Origin: a virus
DNA length: 64,000 nt
IMG/VR virus record: IMGVR_UViG_3300042893_001103
Span: 8,190-72,189 of that record
Direction: 5' to 3' (one strand)
Part shown: in pieces, positions 39,290 to 49,537 of the stretch
How positions within the stretch are numbered: the first letter of the stretch is position 1
How the letters are laid out: each line of letters begins with the position of its first letter
Notes under the pieces: generated by a model
The model's database searches: none
What the model saw: only the letters and a program-made list of their open reading frames with translations
Told to the model about the DNA's origin: nothing
Program-made: the position numbers and the translations under genes

Positions 39290-41276
39290 AGAAATAAATT
39301 TCGTCAAAAGAAGAATTACTCTTCTTTCCGTAAAAACGGTTCGTAAGGTAAATCCCGTAATAACCATGCGCTTAAACGGCCAACAAAACGTAATAGATTA
39401 CAAGGCTTTAGCAAAGCGCTCCGGTCTGACACGCAAGTACAGTGTGAAGGTCGGAATACTTGGTACGCATTCTACAATTGGTCAAGGAGCGCAGGCCATC
39501 GGTTCGGCAGCCATTCCGGGCAACCTGAGCCCTCTACGAAGCCCTATCAGGTCTGGTGCGTGGGGTGCCCTAACTCCCGGAAAACCAAGAATCCCTGGCG
39601 GTACTGGTGGAGCAAATCGTGCTAGTCGTTGCCCAGAGGGGTATCAATACGGCGGTCGTTTTACCGACTCGCGTTTTTCCACATGTGGCGCAAAACTGTT
39701 TGACATACCTTCTGCTATTGGTGTGGCAATCGGAGCACTAAGAAGAATAGCCCGTGGCGCTAGAGCAATTGCAGGACAGTCAACCCCAATCACTGGCGAG
39801 ACTCCACAAGATTCAATAGTTGATTCAAGACGTCCCCAGATTCCGAGAGTCGGAAACCCCAACCCAGTAGCACGCGCGGCTGCAGCAAAAAACATTGTCT
39901 CTCAAATCGGGCAGTCTGATGCGGCTGTCGTAAGAATGGTCAGAAAAGACGGGTTTGCGTTAGAACCAGTAGTTCCAGCACAGGTACTAAGAGCGATTCC
40001 AGACAACAGAGACATGGAAGGCGCTGATTACATATTGTCAGTTCAGGGCCTTCCTCAACTAGGCGGAGAAGAACTTGGACTCCTCTCAAATACTGGGGTA
40101 ACAAAACTTACGTACGTTCTTCCAGGAGGCTCAACGCTGTCCCTTGAAAAGAAGAGACAACTAACTGTTGGTGAAAGAAGAAAACTTGGACGCACGGTTA
40201 ATGCTGCGTCAAAAATTGACATTACCAATGACCCAACTGCACGATTAAAAGAAGTGGTTGCTCAAACTGGTGACGGAATAGGTTATTCAGAAAATTTCAT
40301 AAATGTAAAAAACCCCAATGAAGTTGTTTCCGCAGGTGGGAAATCACTCCCACGATGGGCTGATGAATTGTTTGGTAAGGGCAGAAAAGCGAAGCCACTA
40401 GCCAATGCAGAAAGAGCAACAGACTCAAATAGCGCCGTAGGAAAAAACATAACAAGCGTTGACGCTGCAGTTGACCAAATAATGTCTGGAAGACCACTTT
40501 CGGAAATTGACCCAATGATTTTACAGCAAGCACTTACAAAGGCAAACGTATTCAAGAGACAAAAATTGGACCAAAGAAGAGAATTGCTTGAAACGCCTAA
40601 TGGCAATAAGTACATGCTCTATTCCTCGTCTGGAAAATATGAGCACCTTGGTCAAAAACTTGCAAGCGATATCCAGCAGCATCTTGGTCTTGAGTCGCCA
40701 GACGTTTTCTTTGTCGGTGAAGGAGATAAGAGAAAATACATAGTTGAGGATGCCTCTTCTCTAATTAGAGGATTTCAGGTTGACCGCAGGCGCAAATTCT
40801 CTGACTACAAACCAGAAGATGTGGCAAAAATGCTTGTATCCGACTGGCTCACAGACCAGAGAGACAGAGACCCTGGTTCTATAGTTCCAGTTTCAAATGG
40901 AACAGACACGAAACCGGTTGTTACCAATAACTTCACTTCCGGACTTGCGGACCTTGATGAAGTGTCAATTGTTGAGCGTCAAAAACTGACCTTCTCTCAA
41001 TTCATGGATGTAAAAAGAACTGAAACATACTCACAGTATTTTCAAAACCTGCAGCAACAGCAAAGATTTGCCTTCAGAAGAGAGATTGACGCTCTACTAT
41101 TAAGAGCAAGACAATTTAACTTTACACAATTCAAAAATCGCCTTTACAGTGATGGTCGCTTAACTGATGCTGAAAAAGCCCACCTAAATATTATTGGGCG
41201 TATTTTAGAAACAAGAATTCAAAACTACGCAGGTAGTAGGGAAAATTTAATGGAAATCCTCGGAGTCAAAAAATGA
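39270..41276 (+). CDS. Protein with RCPEG..GRFT motif and C-terminal degenerate HipA-like kinase domain
   Basis: KLASDI..HLGLESP...MLVSDWLTDQRDRDPGSIV (HipA DRH..N-like but altered). Confidence 0.7.
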   Translation: MTTLSNREINFVKRRITLLSVKTVRKVNPVITMRLNGQQNVIDYKALAKRSGLTRKYSVKVGILGTHSTIGQGAQAIGSAAIPGNLSPLRSPIRSGAWGALTPGKPRIPGGTGGANRASRCPEGYQYGGRFTDSRFSTCGAKLFDIPSAIGVAIGALRRIARGARAIAGQSTPITGETPQDSIVDSRRPQIPRVGNPNPVARAAAAKNIVSQIGQSDAAVVRMVRKDGFALEPVVPAQVLRAIPDNRDMEGADYILSVQGLPQLGGEELGLLSNTGVTKLTYVLPGGSTLSLEKKRQLTVGERRKLGRTVNAASKIDITNDPTARLKEVVAQTGDGIGYSENFINVKNPNEVVSAGGKSLPRWADELFGKGRKAKPLANAERATDSNSAVGKNITSVDAAVDQIMSGRPLSEIDPMILQQALTKANVFKRQKLDQRRELLETPNGNKYMLYSSSGKYEHLGQKLASDIQQHLGLESPDVFFVGEGDKRKYIVEDASSLIRGFQVDRRRKFSDYKPEDVAKMLVSDWLTDQRDRDPGSIVPVSNGTDTKPVVTNNFTSGLADLDEVSIVERQKLTFSQFMDVKRTETYSQYFQNLQQQQRFAFRREIDALLLRARQFNFTQFKNRLYSDGRLTDAEKAHLNIIGRILETRIQNYAGSRENLMEILGVKK

Positions 41277-44200
41277 AAAAAGTATCTACCCTATTTGATG
41301 CGTTGCGTAATGAAAAGTTTGCTATTGCTGTTCAGGACGACTATGGAGTTAAATACTACGGCTCTGAAGGTCAAGCAAGAGAATGGGCGGACTGGGCAAA
41401 CTCTTTTAATACCAAGACACTTGACACAAATAATCTTCCAGCAGGAATTATTCAGGGTCCATATAAAAACGTTAGTGAGCATTCTCTCAAGTCCTTACTG
41501 AATGCTTTTGGTAACAACGTTACGGAAATTAACAACTCTTTCACCGACTCTAAGGCGTACTCATATAAAAGTTCCATGAAGATGGATAATGGCGCTCGCG
41601 TTCCAGCAGTAATGGACACACCAATTGGGCACTTTACTAAATCCCAATACGCAAGCGCAGTAAATTACAAAGGTCTAGTTATTCGTACTCAAATCAAAGA
41701 AGGAAGTTTTCTTTTTGAGGCAAAAGTAAATAATTATGCATTTAACTTTGAAAACTGGATGTACAACTCAACTCCTTCAAAAGCGGAGATTAAATCCCTT
41801 CGCAACAGAATTGATACAAACGTAGGTCGTTCTTCGGAAAGACGTTTAGGAATGAAACTGAAGGCCGCCCTCGTTGAAAGAGACGGACGCTACAGAATTG
41901 GGTATGCACAAACCCTAGAAACCAAGTCGCTTGAAGATTCTCTTGAGGTAAAAGGAATTGGCGAAAGAATAGGCGGAGGAGCACGCATCGGAAGAAGAGC
42001 GGCTCGTAGTATGGCCATGTTTGACCCAAAGGCTTGGGACGGCGATGGTGACGGCGTAGTTCAAGAAGGTACTCCTTTTGAGAGACCAGCAATTCCTGGA
42101 GTCAACGACAAAACAACTGGTGGAGTTGTTGATGCAGATGCTGCAAAAAAGGCATGGAAAGAATCTCAGAAGACTCCAGGCAGTTCAACGCCTTCAAGAG
42201 AGTCAAGCCCTAGACGCAGGGTTTCCAACGCAGCAGGCTCAGCAGATAGACAAGTTTTTACTACTCGCACGCCAGCCGCAGCAGGTCGCAAAATACCTGA
42301 CTCAAAGCCGATAAGTAGAAGCGGTCTAGCGTCACGAACACAGGCTGATATTGATAAAGAAGTATCAAAGCAAGTCACAGACACGGCAAAAGAAGTTCTT
42401 ACCAAGAAATCAACGTCCACCGATTTACGTTCACTGATTAGTGGCCTCGGTCCTGACGGAGCAACAGAACTAAGCAGAGACCAGCAAGACAGAATTAACG
42501 ACATTATTGATGCGTTTGATAATGACGAATATGAAAATAATGAAGATTTTATTTCGGAAATTGCAAATGTTTTGCAAAAAAAGATTCCCGTAAATCAAAA
42601 ACCAAAACAAACAGGCATGCGTTCACGTGTTGGTAAAGCACAAATGGATAGACAGGTTCAGGGTCTTGCGTCACGTAGTGGTCGTTCAAAAACAAAATCA
42701 AAACTTAAAGCAACACCAGGCCGTGATGCTGTTGACGAAAAAGATGGTTCCCTTTGGGCTTCACTTACTCCGGAACAACAGGATGTTGTAAAGAAAAACA
42801 CACAAGCAGCGTACGACGGACTTCAGACATACATCAAGAAAGATAAATACCTAAGCACGTGGTGGAATGACTTTTTGAGTCTTAATCGCAAAAAGAAAGC
42901 AACTGACGCAGACGGAAAACCCTGGTCCGACCAGTCAAGAATTTCTGGAGAAGCATTTACTTCTTTTGAAGTTGCGTTAAACGGTGCTCTTTCTGGTGAA
43001 AATTCAGACATAGCGTCTGCAGAGTCTGGTCTTGCAGCAATGAGGGCCACTCTGTCCGATGCTGAAATCAAAAAAGCAGAAAATAGAATTGCAGCACAGA
43101 AAAAAAGAGTTGAAAGACTTCAAAAAGTCTTAGACGACCTTAGAACTTATGACCAAATGGATAAATCTGACGACTGGTCGCTTCTTGAGCACCTTCACCC
43201 AGAACAAAGAAAAAAGTCTTTTGGTCTTGGACTTAGCAAGAGTGAAGCCGACATGACGGTAAGTCCTTTTGCTGATGGAAAACTTCCAAAGGGAATGAAG
43301 GTTGGGGAGCCATCAACCATCTTTGAAGAAGTTGGTGGAATGAAGAGAGCCGCTCCACGACTCATCGGAGAAAAAGGTGACGCAAAACTTGAAGACCTTG
43401 CAAACAGAATTCTTCGCCCGAATCCGCAAAGAGCAGCACGTCGCGCTGTTAGAAAACAGAAAAAGGCTGGTCGTTCAGGTTTCAGAATTGAACAAGAAGA
43501 CAAACCTGATATTACAAGCAAGATTAAAAAAAGAATTAAAAAAGCCAAACGAGCAGTCAAAAGAACCTTTGGAAAACAAAGAAACGAATCAAAAATTCTT
43601 AACGGAATCAGAAGAGAACAAACTGTTAGAATTTTTGAAAGAGACCCAGATGGAAAAATTGTTATTGGAAAAGAAACAATTCAACTACTTGACGAAGTCG
43701 TTAATAAGGCACGCCAGAATAACGGTCGTGGAGAATTCAAGGGTCAAGCAGACGCAAACATGCTCCTTGGTTTCTTGTGGGAAAACAATGGCTTCAACAG
43801 ACAGCCAGCCCGCTTATCGGAAGATGAAGCAATGGCTTTGATTGATGCTGGATGGCACCCAATCAAGAGAGGCGTTTCTGCTGAAGAATATGCGGATGAA
43901 TATTTAACAGAATCTCGCAGAAGAATTACTGGTTCCAACGGAGAAATGGAAGGACCTGGAGAATACTGGTCAAATGCTGTTTCAACAAACTGGGATGACC
44001 CAAGATATTGGGGTAAACCGACCGAAAGCAATGGATTGTTTGGATTTCTAAGTCCTGATTATAGGGTTGCTTCAAGAGTTGATAGAGAACGTATGGCTTC
44101 GGAATATCAAAAGTTTGCACAAGCATTTGAAAATGTAATTTCTGTAATGCCCAAAGGCGAAGCAGAAAAAATGGAACCCGCAGATTTCATGAGAGAACTA

Positions 44201-44560
44201 CGTACCGCTCTTTCAAGGAACGTTGCAGACGGCGACCCAGTATGGGATGGCGAAGTTGGACAAATGTGGTCTTCGTTGATGAGTGCTTACGAATCATCCA
44301 GTGGACCAGAAAAAACACAACTATGGAATGTAATTAATTTTATGTCTACTCAACTTACAAGACAAACAAGATGGGAAAACTATGTTCCTTTAATTTTAGG
44401 CTACGATGGCATTGATACCGGAGACAACACAGTAAGAACTGGTGGAACGGCCGCTGGAAAACAAGTCCTTATTTTCAATAGACAGGGCCTTGCTGTTCTT
44501 GACACGCCAATAAGCATTAAGGGAATTAATGACATTCTTAAGGAAGCAGATAAAAAATGA
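41273..44560 (+). CDS. Giant protein with DGDGDG tag and C-terminal ADP-ribosyltransferase-like domain
   Basis: FDPKAWDGDGDGVVQEGTPFERP; C-terminal IKRGV...GPGEYW...LGYDGID...VLIFNR. Confidence 0.7.
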   Translation: MKKVSTLFDALRNEKFAIAVQDDYGVKYYGSEGQAREWADWANSFNTKTLDTNNLPAGIIQGPYKNVSEHSLKSLLNAFGNNVTEINNSFTDSKAYSYKSSMKMDNGARVPAVMDTPIGHFTKSQYASAVNYKGLVIRTQIKEGSFLFEAKVNNYAFNFENWMYNSTPSKAEIKSLRNRIDTNVGRSSERRLGMKLKAALVERDGRYRIGYAQTLETKSLEDSLEVKGIGERIGGGARIGRRAARSMAMFDPKAWDGDGDGVVQEGTPFERPAIPGVNDKTTGGVVDADAAKKAWKESQKTPGSSTPSRESSPRRRVSNAAGSADRQVFTTRTPAAAGRKIPDSKPISRSGLASRTQADIDKEVSKQVTDTAKEVLTKKSTSTDLRSLISGLGPDGATELSRDQQDRINDIIDAFDNDEYENNEDFISEIANVLQKKIPVNQKPKQTGMRSRVGKAQMDRQVQGLASRSGRSKTKSKLKATPGRDAVDEKDGSLWASLTPEQQDVVKKNTQAAYDGLQTYIKKDKYLSTWWNDFLSLNRKKKATDADGKPWSDQSRISGEAFTSFEVALNGALSGENSDIASAESGLAAMRATLSDAEIKKAENRIAAQKKRVERLQKVLDDLRTYDQMDKSDDWSLLEHLHPEQRKKSFGLGLSKSEADMTVSPFADGKLPKGMKVGEPSTIFEEVGGMKRAAPRLIGEKGDAKLEDLANRILRPNPQRAARRAVRKQKKAGRSGFRIEQEDKPDITSKIKKRIKKAKRAVKRTFGKQRNESKILNGIRREQTVRIFERDPDGKIVIGKETIQLLDEVVNKARQNNGRGEFKGQADANMLLGFLWENNGFNRQPARLSEDEAMALIDAGWHPIKRGVSAEEYADEYLTESRRRITGSNGEMEGPGEYWSNAVSTNWDDPRYWGKPTESNGLFGFLSPDYRVASRVDRERMASEYQKFAQAFENVISVMPKGEAEKMEPADFMRELRTALSRNVADGDPVWDGEVGQMWSSLMSAYESSSGPEKTQLWNVINFMSTQLTRQTRWENYVPLILGYDGIDTGDNTVRTGGTAAGKQVLIFNRQGLAVLDTPISIKGINDILKEADKK

Positions 44561-44886
44561 GTGACAAAGATACGTTTCATGAAAAACACTTGGAGTATTC
44601 AAAACTAACAAAATACCCTCCCTTTACAATTAGTTTGAAAAAGGCTCGCGAATTTGGGAATGACTTTTTAAAAGAAGAAGACAGGATTTTTTCTGAAGTT
44701 GATTCCGGTAACGAAGATGCATGGGCTCGCGCATTTTCAACAATGGAAGTAAAATGGGATGACGATATTGAGGAAGCACGTCTTTACCAAAAACGATACG
44801 GTGACAATATTCTTGAGGCAAGAAAAGCAGCAATGAAATTAAACAACCTAACCGAAGACGACAAAGACGTTCCTCTGTTTATTTAA
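44557..44886 (+). CDS. Small acidic hypothetical protein (possible partner of the upstream toxin-like domain)
   Basis: 109 aa, ATGA-coupled to 41273-44560. Confidence 0.6.
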   Translation: MSDKDTFHEKHLEYSKLTKYPPFTISLKKAREFGNDFLKEEDRIFSEVDSGNEDAWARAFSTMEVKWDDDIEEARLYQKRYGDNILEARKAAMKLNNLTEDDKDVPLFI

Positions 44887-44888
44887 TT

Positions 44889-47264
44889 ATGGAAGATTCG
44901 CTTGTTGGTAAAATTGCTGCCGTTAGGCAAGCAGCGGACATGGGCTGCTTCGGCGCGCATCAAATTTCAAATGGCGATTGGCTTCCATGCTCATCAACTA
45001 AACAGTTTTTGACAATTATGAACGGATTTGATGTCAAGTCAAGAATTTCTCTTGACGAGATGGAGAACTGGTCTTCAATAAGAAAGTCAAAAGGCAAAAA
45101 ACGCAAGAAGCGTTGGGAAAAACTTCGCGAGAGAAGAATTCTAGGAATTGAATCACTTGACAACGGTGGTCTTGTTTCTCCAAGAAATTCAATGAATATG
45201 GTTAATGGTGGCACTAACCCCCCAATAACTTATGGTGCTTCAAATCCTTCAAGCATGTCTACGAAGAGCATTCAGCCAGCATTCATGCCCAGAGACAATG
45301 ACCCTGACGTATTTGTGGACATTGAATCAGCAAGAAAAAGAGCACAACAACTTGGATGCATCGGTATAAGTAGAAGAATGTCAAAAGGCGGCAAAACCGT
45401 ATGGATGCCATGTACCAACATTACCGACTACAACAATTTGACAGGAATGACTGCTCTTGGAAGAAATAATCTTCAGAAAAGAAATGAAAAAATAGTCAGA
45501 ACCGTTATAAAAGAAAATCTTAAAAAGAAAAAAACAACGATTCAAGAAGATATATACGGCAAGGCTCTTGGCCCAAGAATACGAGGCATAGCCCGTGCGG
45601 CAATGTCTAGATTTGACCCTGATGCTTTTGACGGAGACGAAGATGGAATTATCCAGGACGGAACAGCGTTTGAAAGACCCAACACTCCGAATGCTCGCAT
45701 CCCCAAGACTGTAGATAGGGAAGTTTCTCCCTCCGAAGTTTCGGCAGTACGCAAGTGGATGAGTGCCATGACTTCTTCAGATATGGATTCCTTCCGAGGC
45801 GAACCGATTGAAGCATACGATGGTGTTCCTGGTTCAAGACGTGGCTTGGCATCTAGTGGGCCCGGTTTCATTATTGACCCCAAGGGTCCAAAACAAATGG
45901 GCGGAAGAATGGCACCAAAGCCATTGGCCATAACAGAACTAAGAAACCCAGAAGCCAGTCCGACCAATCCGTTTAGAAATCTTGGTGGAAGATTGATGAG
46001 CAAATTGATTAGAGGAATGGTAAAGCCCGAACACAGACGTAAGCAAGAGAGAACAACCTATCTAATTGGAGGCAATACTGGTTCCGGAAAAACCACCGTA
46101 CTTGACGAACACTTAATACCAAAAGGATTGGTTCCTTCACACGAAGAGGCTGCCCTTATTGACCCAGACTTTATTAAGAAAGGTCTTGTTGGATATGACG
46201 ATGGACAAGGCGCTGGTCGTGTTCACAGAGAGTCTCAAGCATCAACCGACAAGACAATCAGGGATGCCGTTTTGGACGAACTGGACATGGTAATTACGGG
46301 TTCTGGGGCATCAAGACAAATCCAACACATGCGTGAAGCGTCTGAGCGTGGTGAAAAAGTAGTGGGCCACTGGGTTCATGTTCCGCAACGAGAAGCATCT
46401 AGACGCATTAAGAAGAGAGTGGATGAGACCAACAGGTATATACCTGACAACACCGCCCACATGGCACAAAGCATTCCTAAGGTTATTTCAACAGGCTTTG
46501 AAGAAGACTTACTAGACGAGTTCTATTTATGGGACAACGATGTTCCAGCAGGTTCACCACCAAAACTAATTGCAAAAAAATCCAAAGGAAAAGATTTTGA
46601 GATATTTGACCAGTCAAAATTTGAAGAATTTGCTGGAAGTAAAAAATGGGCAGACACGTGGGTGGAAACGTCAGAAGACAGAGACGTGTCAAGAAAAGGT
46701 TTTGAGTCCTCAAGTTACACAGGCAAAGAAGCCGCAGTTGCTTTAAGAGAGTCTGGTTTTGAAGTAATCATTGACAAAAATATAGAAGTTCGTCTTCCTG
46801 CAGGAAGTGATGCAGAAAAATTCTTTATAGAACGAGTTCTACCATATATGCCAAACAAATTTGGAAGAACGAACACACACGCGTCACGACTTACCCTGCC
46901 AGGGATTCCAATTGTTGAAGACGTACAAAAGTTGCTCGGGGTGAGTATTGATAAAAGAAAAATTGTTGACAAAAACTATCGTAAAAAATTTAAAATGCAA
47001 CTCATGTCAAACGACCTAGAAGTTTTAGCAGAACTTTTTGCTAAAGCCCCTATTGTTGGTCCAAACGGCGAATCAAGGTTTGGCGATATGTTGCTTACTA
47101 ACGTTGGTGTTGAGTTTGATGAAACAGTAAAGCAAATTGCTAAAAAGGCTGGTTTTTTGGAAAAAGAAATTTCAATGTTGATAAGTGAAGGGTTCACGAA
47201 AGAAGATATTGAGAAAATGTCAAAAGAAGAAATACAAGAACTACTAGACGCGCTTCCGGAATGA
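44889..47264 (+). CDS. Protein with two DUF3721-like Cys modules, DGDEDG tag and zeta-toxin-like P-loop kinase
   Basis: AADMGCFGAHQ..WLPC and AQQLGCIG...WMPC; GGNTGSGKTT...IDPDFIK...VHRES...RIKKR...RYIP. Confidence 0.8.
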   Translation: MEDSLVGKIAAVRQAADMGCFGAHQISNGDWLPCSSTKQFLTIMNGFDVKSRISLDEMENWSSIRKSKGKKRKKRWEKLRERRILGIESLDNGGLVSPRNSMNMVNGGTNPPITYGASNPSSMSTKSIQPAFMPRDNDPDVFVDIESARKRAQQLGCIGISRRMSKGGKTVWMPCTNITDYNNLTGMTALGRNNLQKRNEKIVRTVIKENLKKKKTTIQEDIYGKALGPRIRGIARAAMSRFDPDAFDGDEDGIIQDGTAFERPNTPNARIPKTVDREVSPSEVSAVRKWMSAMTSSDMDSFRGEPIEAYDGVPGSRRGLASSGPGFIIDPKGPKQMGGRMAPKPLAITELRNPEASPTNPFRNLGGRLMSKLIRGMVKPEHRRKQERTTYLIGGNTGSGKTTVLDEHLIPKGLVPSHEEAALIDPDFIKKGLVGYDDGQGAGRVHRESQASTDKTIRDAVLDELDMVITGSGASRQIQHMREASERGEKVVGHWVHVPQREASRRIKKRVDETNRYIPDNTAHMAQSIPKVISTGFEEDLLDEFYLWDNDVPAGSPPKLIAKKSKGKDFEIFDQSKFEEFAGSKKWADTWVETSEDRDVSRKGFESSSYTGKEAAVALRESGFEVIIDKNIEVRLPAGSDAEKFFIERVLPYMPNKFGRTNTHASRLTLPGIPIVEDVQKLLGVSIDKRKIVDKNYRKKFKMQLMSNDLEVLAELFAKAPIVGPNGESRFGDMLLTNVGVEFDETVKQIAKKAGFLEKEISMLISEGFTKEDIEKMSKEEIQELLDALPE

Positions 47265-47403
47265 AAGTTTCAACAATTACAACAAACATGTGATACCTCC
47301 ACTACAGCCCTTGAAATAAGGTTATTATTTTTTAATAGGGCTTGGTGCTTACCTGGGCCGTCCAATCAATAAACAAAAATAATTCCAACCAGGAGAAAAT
47401 ACA

Positions 47404-48765
47404 ATGTCAGACCAAGCAAGACTTACAGAATTGCAATCAACCCTTCGTGCCAAGATGGCAGACAACAAGGCGATTGCAGACTCATTCCGTATTGAAGAAG
47501 GAACCGTTGTTGTCAACGCTCAGCAAAAGAGCGCATTTGACAAAAACATGACCGACATCAAGGAAATCAAGGGACTCATTGAGGGCCTTGAGGCAATGAA
47601 CACAGTTGAATCATGGGGCTCACAAGCACCAGCAGAATCAGTTGCAGTTGCTGCAGCAGCAGGCTATTCATTGAAGGGCCTCGGCGCTTCATACTCAATC
47701 GGTGACTTGTTCCTCAACTCACCAGAGTTCAAGACCCTTTTGGGTGGTAAGAATGGCGCAAACATGCCTTCCCCATTCCAACTCGGAGCATCACTCACAA
47801 CTCACGGCGCATACGGCGTTAAGGACGTTTACTCAGCACTTCCATCAGGCACACTAGCCCGTGGTGCATCTGCTGACTTCGGTTCAATCCAGCGCGACCC
47901 AATGGTCATGTCACCACAGCGTGTAAAGCGTGTTCGTGACTTGTTCCCAAGCCGCACCACTTCAGCAGCAGTTATTGAATACTTCCGCATGCTTGGTTTC
48001 ACCGCAACAGGCGGCGGAACCAACAATGCAGGAGTTGTTGCTGAGCGTAACGCAGGAAACACCGCGTTTGCCGCTAAGCCACAGTCCTCAATGGTATTTG
48101 AAGGCCACCAGGCCCCAGTACGCACCATTGCTCACTGGGAAGCAGCACACCGTAACGTCCTTGCGGACGAGCCACAGTTGCGTTCAATCATTGACAACGA
48201 ATTGATGTACGGTCTCCGTCTTCAAGAAGATGCTCAAATCCTCAACGGTGATGGAACTGGCGAAAACCTTACTGGTGTTCTTCAGACTTCAGGTATCCAG
48301 AACTACTCATGGTCAAGCGGTTTGTACTCAGCAACCGCAGGAATGTCAGACACAAAGGCAGACGCAATCCGTCGCGCCGCTACACTGTCGTTCCTCGCTT
48401 ACTACGAGCCATCTGGTGTCGTTCTTCACCCGAACGATTGGGAAGACATTGAGTTGACCAAGGATGGCAATGGCCAGTATCTCGTTGCAGTTTCGGTTGC
48501 AATGGGCGGCGAGCCAAAGGTATGGCGTTTGCCAGTCGTTGAGACCCCTGCAATTCCAGAAGGCACCGCACTTGTCGGCGCATTCGGTACGGGCGCACAG
48601 TTGTACGACCGTGAGCAGGCTTCAATCCGCATCTCAGAGCAGCACTCGGACTTCTTCGTTCGCAACGCAATCGTTGTACTCGCAGAACAGCGCCTCGCCC
48701 TTGCGGTTAAGCGCCCAGAGTCATTCGTCAAAGTTACATTTGACAACGCTCCAACAGCCGAATAA
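47404..48765 (+). CDS. Major capsid protein, HK97 fold with N-terminal delta-like scaffold
   Basis: AGGAG SD; RVRDLF, VRTIAHW, LADEPQL.SII.NEL.YGL...ED.QILNGDG.GEN, LHP.DW..I.L.KD.NG.Y, F.RN....AEQRL.LAV.RPESF. Confidence 0.97.
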   Translation: MSDQARLTELQSTLRAKMADNKAIADSFRIEEGTVVVNAQQKSAFDKNMTDIKEIKGLIEGLEAMNTVESWGSQAPAESVAVAAAAGYSLKGLGASYSIGDLFLNSPEFKTLLGGKNGANMPSPFQLGASLTTHGAYGVKDVYSALPSGTLARGASADFGSIQRDPMVMSPQRVKRVRDLFPSRTTSAAVIEYFRMLGFTATGGGTNNAGVVAERNAGNTAFAAKPQSSMVFEGHQAPVRTIAHWEAAHRNVLADEPQLRSIIDNELMYGLRLQEDAQILNGDGTGENLTGVLQTSGIQNYSWSSGLYSATAGMSDTKADAIRRAATLSFLAYYEPSGVVLHPNDWEDIELTKDGNGQYLVAVSVAMGGEPKVWRLPVVETPAIPEGTALVGAFGTGAQLYDREQASIRISEQHSDFFVRNAIVVLAEQRLALAVKRPESFVKVTFDNAPTAE

Positions 48766-48776
48766 CTACTAAGCGG

Positions 48777-48813
48777 AACCCCGCTCGTTCCTTTGGGGAT
48801 GGGCGGGGTTTTT
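48777..48813 (+). terminator. Intrinsic terminator after the major capsid gene
   Basis: aaccccgctcgttcc / gggatgggcggggtt stem followed by a T run. Confidence 0.85.
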
Positions 48814-48835
48814 GCTATATATGGGATAATTCATT

Positions 48836-49384
48836 ATGAAGGAAAACGATGCGTTTAAATTTATTGGAGACATGCCATCTTTCAATGAACTTCTCGGTGA
48901 TGTCTCGTCCCTAACCCCAGAAGACTGGTTGAAATACGTGCAACGTAAAAAAATTGGCGGTGCAGCAGGGGGTAATACTGACACCATCCCATTGGTCTAT
49001 GACGTGATGCAAAAACTCAACTCGGACGTAGTGCACGAACATTACAGACAATTTAGTAAGTATCTAGATGAAGTCGTTCTTGCCACGATGGAAACAATTG
49101 GAGAAGTAAAAATTCAACAATCAATACTGGCAAGACTTAGGGCAAAAACAACTATTCCCAAACATAAAGATGTCGGAAATCCATTAACCGCAAAAATCCA
49201 TAGCCAGACTCACAGAATACACGTTCCAGTTATAACCAATGAAAATTGCATATTTACCATTGGTGATGAATCAAAGAACCTAAAGCCTGGCCAAATATGG
49301 ATTGTAGACAACGTAGGAAGACACCATGGTGTCAAGAATAGTGGAGACGAAGACCGAGTGCACCTAATCATAGACGCCATCTGA
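48836..49384 (+). CDS. Asp/Asn beta-hydroxylase-like 2OG-Fe(II) oxygenase
   Basis: IPKHKD...RIHVPVITN...G.IW...HGVKN...RVHLIID. Confidence 0.85.
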   Translation: MKENDAFKFIGDMPSFNELLGDVSSLTPEDWLKYVQRKKIGGAAGGNTDTIPLVYDVMQKLNSDVVHEHYRQFSKYLDEVVLATMETIGEVKIQQSILARLRAKTTIPKHKDVGNPLTAKIHSQTHRIHVPVITNENCIFTIGDESKNLKPGQIWIVDNVGRHHGVKNSGDEDRVHLIIDAI

Positions 49385-49424
49385 ACTGTGGGACAATTAA
49401 GACATGCCACCTTAGGGCTAATCC

Positions 49425-49469
49425 AGGAAATCTCTCGTCCTTGTTTTGAAGGCGGGGGATTTCTTGTTT
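49425..49469 (+). terminator. Probable intrinsic terminator
   Basis: aggaaatctctcgtcctt / aaggcgggggatttctt stem. Confidence 0.6.
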
Positions 49470-49537
49470 AATAGGGTTATCTGGGCGTTTTGCGTTTATG
49501 AACTACAATTTGTTCATGACATATAAAGTTGATTGTT

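Noticed and set aside
26003-42120. Repeated tag as a DGR template/variable repeat or recent duplication
   Set aside because: Differences are mainly synonymous rather than adenine-specific, and no reverse transcriptase is present in the window
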